Shown here: one piece after another, positions 43,768 through 46,874 of the stretch | How positions within the stretch are numbered: position 1 is the first letter of the stretch | How the letters are laid out: every line of letters starts with the position of its first letter | Sequence record: PZ445467.1 | DNA: 46,874 bases | From: a phage | Reading direction: 5' to 3' (one strand) | Notes under the pieces: model-generated | The model's database searches: none | Told to the model about the DNA's origin: nothing | Seen by the model: the letters and a program-made list of their open reading frames with translations, nothing else | Made by a program: the position numbers and the translations under genes

Positions 43768-43950
43768 ATGGCAAAGACTATCTATCGTCGCGAGAAACTG
43801 GAGCCTGAACTCGGTCACGTTGGCGCGCAAAACTTTATGAGCAAGCAGGCACGCAATGCAATGGAATCTATACGCGTGAATCGCGTTGTGCGCGTGTTTA
43901 ATGGTGAAGGTAAGCGAAGAGTAATGGATGAACTGATTATCGTATTTTGA
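43768..43950 (+). CDS. hypothetical protein (60 aa)
   Basis: ATG 6 nt after AAGGAG. Confidence 0.5.
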   Translation: MAKTIYRREKLEPELGHVGAQNFMSKQARNAMESIRVNRVVRVFNGEGKRRVMDELIIVF

Positions 43951-43986
43951 CATCGATTCAGCAGGCTTATTTCTAATGGTGATGAT

Positions 43987-44220
43987 ATGGAAAAAGTAAA
44001 AACATACGAGTTCTGGTTTGTGCAGAACAAAATGTATGCAAGCAGGACAATCAAGAGAGTCAGCTGGTGGAATAAGTGGTTAATCCTCTCCGGCTGCATC
44101 GTGCTGGCAAAGTGCAAATTCAAAGCGATTGACATCACCGGTGAAGATGCACTCACAATCGCAAAGATTGAGTTTGAAGAAGATGGCTATTACGAAGAAA
44201 TTATGGGGGTTAGGGTATGA
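43987..44220 (+). CDS. hypothetical protein (77 aa)
   Basis: ATG start; one hydrophobic segment. Confidence 0.45.
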   Translation: MEKVKTYEFWFVQNKMYASRTIKRVSWWNKWLILSGCIVLAKCKFKAIDITGEDALTIAKIEFEEDGYYEEIMGVRV

Positions 44221-44495
44221 GTGAAGAATCACGCGGAACAGTAAAAGCAAAAACATACTCAGTACCGAGAAGCGCAATTCCGCATCCTCCTGATGGTGAT
44301 GGATATTACGTGACTGTTGTTGAGATTGCTGACTACATGGCCTGCCTCAACAGAATCACAGAAATGAGCGTCGAAAACTATCACATGAAGAATCGCATTG
44401 CAGAGCTTGAGTCTGCATTAAATCGCCATTATGAGTTACCTGACGTTTATGATATGGCAGTAAAGCAATTCGAAAGCCTGGCTAAAAGTGAATAG
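44217..44495 (+). CDS. hypothetical protein (92 aa)
   Basis: ATGA overlap with previous gene. Confidence 0.45.
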   Translation: MSEESRGTVKAKTYSVPRSAIPHPPDGDGYYVTVVEIADYMACLNRITEMSVENYHMKNRIAELESALNRHYELPDVYDMAVKQFESLAKSE

Positions 44496-44558
44496 CTACC
44501 CGTTCATATTAATTATCAGTGCGCTCTATGTGGCGCACGCTTTAGTGGAGATGTATGG

Positions 44559-44945
44559 ATGAGCAATAGATATATTTATCACTACAACGCAATATCTGTG
44601 GGCGGCGCGTCATCAGTGGCTGGCATCGCTCAGTTGACATTCAGAATTAAATCGCAAGAAGATGTCGAGATGCTGAAGAGTTTGATTGGCCGTGACGGTT
44701 TCACAGCAGTAGCAATCGCATCTCTTTCATATCTCTGGCGAGAGAATGATGACGAAGGGTATGACGCAACAAAATTCGACCAGGCGTTTTTGATTAACAA
44801 ATTCTACGAGCGTTATCCGCTTCCTGAATTTAAGAGTGATTCAGAGCGAGCAGAGGCACTTGGTTACTTCATGACTGGTGCAGAATTACAGCGACTTGGA
44901 AAGTTTATCGAATACAACGATGAGGATGATAGTGATGATTACTAA
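44559..44945 (+). CDS. hypothetical protein (128 aa) with acidic C-terminus
   Basis: ATG after GGAG. Confidence 0.5.
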   Translation: MSNRYIYHYNAISVGGASSVAGIAQLTFRIKSQEDVEMLKSLIGRDGFTAVAIASLSYLWRENDDEGYDATKFDQAFLINKFYERYPLPEFKSDSERAEALGYFMTGAELQRLGKFIEYNDEDDSDDY

Positions 44946-45045
44946 ACAACAACGACGCCGCTACACCACTGGCGCTAAAATCTTCCTTACTGTTTATGTG
45001 CTGGCACTGGTGGCGGCTATTGCAGGAGTTGTGCATTATGTTTAA
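44935..45045 (+). CDS. small membrane peptide (36 aa)
   Basis: MITKQQRRRYTTGAKIFLTVYVLALVAAIAGVVHYV; overlaps both neighbours; speculative. Confidence 0.25.
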   Translation: MITKQQRRRYTTGAKIFLTVYVLALVAAIAGVVHYV

Positions 45046-45343
45046 TCAATTATCTGATTTTTATAAAGCATATTCAGACTGGGTTGCCGCTGGCGCAACA
45101 GAAGGCAAACCATTTAGCCGTCACGTCGGGCTTTGTGGCTCTATTTTTCTTTACCTTTCTATGAAAGGATATCCAATAAAAGATAGAAAAATTACTCTTG
45201 AGATGATGCGAGCGCAGTTTGTTAAGGCTGGTCTTGACCGTGAGTACCCGTTTAATAACCAAAAGAACCCATACCGTATGGAAAGCATTAATGGGCTGAT
45301 TCACACCAACAAGAATCGCATCCAGTGGGTTAAAAAGGAGTAG
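45038..45343 (+). CDS. hypothetical protein (101 aa), flanked by 19-bp direct repeats
   Basis: ATG 45038 after AGGAG; track ORF starts at 44996. Confidence 0.45.
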   Translation: MFNQLSDFYKAYSDWVAAGATEGKPFSRHVGLCGSIFLYLSMKGYPIKDRKITLEMMRAQFVKAGLDREYPFNNQKNPYRMESINGLIHTNKNRIQWVKKE

Positions 45344-45585
45344 TGCATTATGTTTAACGATATCAGTGACGCAATGCAAAACATGTGGGAATGATACTGG
45401 AACAGCATGAAGACGTGTCACTACATGATGGTACAGATAGGTAATTACATTGAGGTTGTGCCTGATACTGGTGTTCACAACATTAAGTGCATGTGTTCTA
45501 CGAGGGCTTTTGCGAATGCAAACAACTAAGCAGAAAGTCTGGCAACTCGCCAAACAACACGAATTAGACGATTTCATCGCGAAGG

Positions 45586-46110
45586 TTGCAAAGACATTCC
45601 CTGACGCGCTTGAAGTCGTTCATGTGCAGACGCGAAATGAAAATGCATGGTGCTACACAAAAAATCATACAAATGGTAGATGAAATGAAGCTAACAAAAA
45701 AACAACGCGAAGAGCTACGCATGAAGTTCGGTGGTCGCTGTGCTTATTGTGGGTGTGAGCTACCCGAGAAAGGTTGGCATGCAGACCATGTTGAACCAGT
45801 GCTACGTAAATCTGAGCAGTGCATGAAGGCAGCGGCGAAAGGGATTTTCAAGCTGAAGGCAACCGGTGAGCTATATCGACCAGAAGCCGAGCGACTGGAA
45901 AACCTTTACCCTGCGTGCGCCCCCTGCAATCTGATGAAAACTTCCTATTCCCTGGAAATGTTCAGGAAGCAGGTATCTCTTCAGGTTGCTCGTGGGCGCA
46001 AAAGCAGCATGAATTTCCGCACTGCAGAGCGTTTCGGTCTTATCGCCGTGGTGGAGAAACCAGTTGTTTTCTGGTTTGAGAAATACCAGGAAGAGAACGA
46101 AAAAAAATAA
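45586..46110 (+). CDS. HNH endonuclease (terminase-associated type); start uncertain (45622 or 45685 likely)
   Basis: CAYCG...HADHV...CAPCN HNH zinc-finger pattern; lies just upstream of the putative terS. Confidence 0.65.
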   Translation: MQRHSLTRLKSFMCRREMKMHGATQKIIQMVDEMKLTKKQREELRMKFGGRCAYCGCELPEKGWHADHVEPVLRKSEQCMKAAAKGIFKLKATGELYRPEAERLENLYPACAPCNLMKTSYSLEMFRKQVSLQVARGRKSSMNFRTAERFGLIAVVEKPVVFWFEKYQEENEKK

Positions 46111-46206
46111 ATGTGTTTATGATGCTCTGTTGGCAAGCGCGATAATGATGGTGTACAATAAACGCATAACCACCATTGCTTTCACTCATATCATCACCCA
46201 ACCTTT

Positions 46207-46233
46207 AACCCGCCTTGTGCGGGTTCTTTTTTA
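46207..46233 (+). terminator. rho-independent terminator
   Basis: stem AACCCGC/GCGGGTT with 5-nt loop then CTTTTTT. Confidence 0.6.
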
Positions 46234-46254
46234 TCTACGTCTATGTGTTAAAAT
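46232..46254 (+). promoter_or_regulatory. promoter-like element with ATCTACGTC motif upstream of putative terS
   Basis: motif 46232-46241; TGtgTTAAAAT extended -10-like 46245-46254. Confidence 0.35.
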
Positions 46255-46290
46255 TAGCGTATGTGAGTTACTCAAAGAACACAAAAAGAC

Positions 46291-46734
46291 ATGGCGAATC
46301 CAAATCCAAAACACAAGTTTTCCTCTACAAATCAACCGCCTCCGCGCGGTAAGAGTTATCGCACAGTGCTGCTTGAGGCGCTTCGTGCTGCAAATACACC
46401 GATGAATGAGATTGAATTCGTCACGTATTACATCAATAGGGCCATGACATGCGAAGACGCTCAGGCAACTGGTATGCTTCGAGAGATATTCCTGCGGCTC
46501 AACCCAATTCCTAAGCCTGTAGCTCCTCCTGTGGAGTTTGACTTCCCTGCTGACGGAACTCCGGTTCAGAAAATGGATGCAATCATCAAGGGTGTATCCA
46601 CTGGCGTTGTGCCTGCTGACATAGGCAAGATGATGGCTGACATTATCAAGTCTGGCCTTGATATTCAGGAAATCACCGAACTCGCCGCGCGACTTGAGCG
46701 ACTGGAGAAATTACTGGAGCAGCAGAATGCGTGA
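46291..46734 (+). CDS. putative terminase small subunit (147 aa)
   Basis: position between HNH and terL if the genome is circularly joined; N-terminal NPNPKHKFS...PRGKS basic segment. Confidence 0.4.
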   Translation: MANPNPKHKFSSTNQPPPRGKSYRTVLLEALRAANTPMNEIEFVTYYINRAMTCEDAQATGMLREIFLRLNPIPKPVAPPVEFDFPADGTPVQKMDAIIKGVSTGVVPADIGKMMADIIKSGLDIQEITELAARLERLEKLLEQQNA

Positions 46735-46874
46735 TGTTGTTACGTGGTGCTTTGTGGCATCTATCGCTATGAGCATGATCAGCGTCATTACGCCATCGGG
46801 AGATTTTGCTGTAAGCATATTCGGTTTTATGTTCTGGATATCAGGATGGGTTATCGCTTGGGGGCGGATTCGAT
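46727..46874 (+). CDS. small membrane protein, 3'-partial at window end
   Basis: ATG overlapping terS stop, GGAG SD; hydrophobic; if circular the ORF would end at window position 11. Confidence 0.35.
   Translation, partial: MRDVVTWCFVASIAMSMISVITPSGDFAVSIFGFMFWISGWVIAWGRIR

Overview
The window reads as a near-complete ~46.9 kb genome of a tailed dsDNA phage (siphovirus-like, lambda-type distal tail module, enterobacterial host inferred from DnaN, lambda R and Rz/Rz1 similarity), apparently linearised at the terminase large subunit gene. All calls come from manual reading of the six-frame translations; no database search was run. Modules in order: terL; five small genes; portal and MuF-like head morphogenesis; a leftward accessory block; a lysis cassette (truncated GH24 lysozyme remnant, lambda R-type endolysin, membrane protein, Rz with embedded Rz1); a leftward accessory block; rightward early small genes including a Lar-like anti-restriction protein; head scaffold, decoration and major capsid; a leftward operon (unknown, ParB-like, orphan C5 methyltransferase, 57-aa ORF, half-length DnaN homolog); head-tail connectors; a 0.75 kb ORF-poor region; major tail; a leftward superinfection-immunity block; tape measure, distal tail proteins and a pectate-lyase-fold tailspike; a leftward replication/recombination module (SSB, Sak4-like ATPase, PD-(D/E)xK nuclease, HNH-AP2 endonuclease, VRR-NUC, DExH helicase) with a divergent primase; an iteron/AT-rich origin-like region; small rightward genes, an HNH endonuclease and a putative terS. 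Most notable: the ParB-like/C5-MTase/mini-DnaN operon, with MTase motif IX lying in a different frame from the other motifs; a ~12 bp motif (core ATCTACRYCA) seen in about 17 copies at nearly every promoter region; and the origin-like CGTGGGG repeat region.
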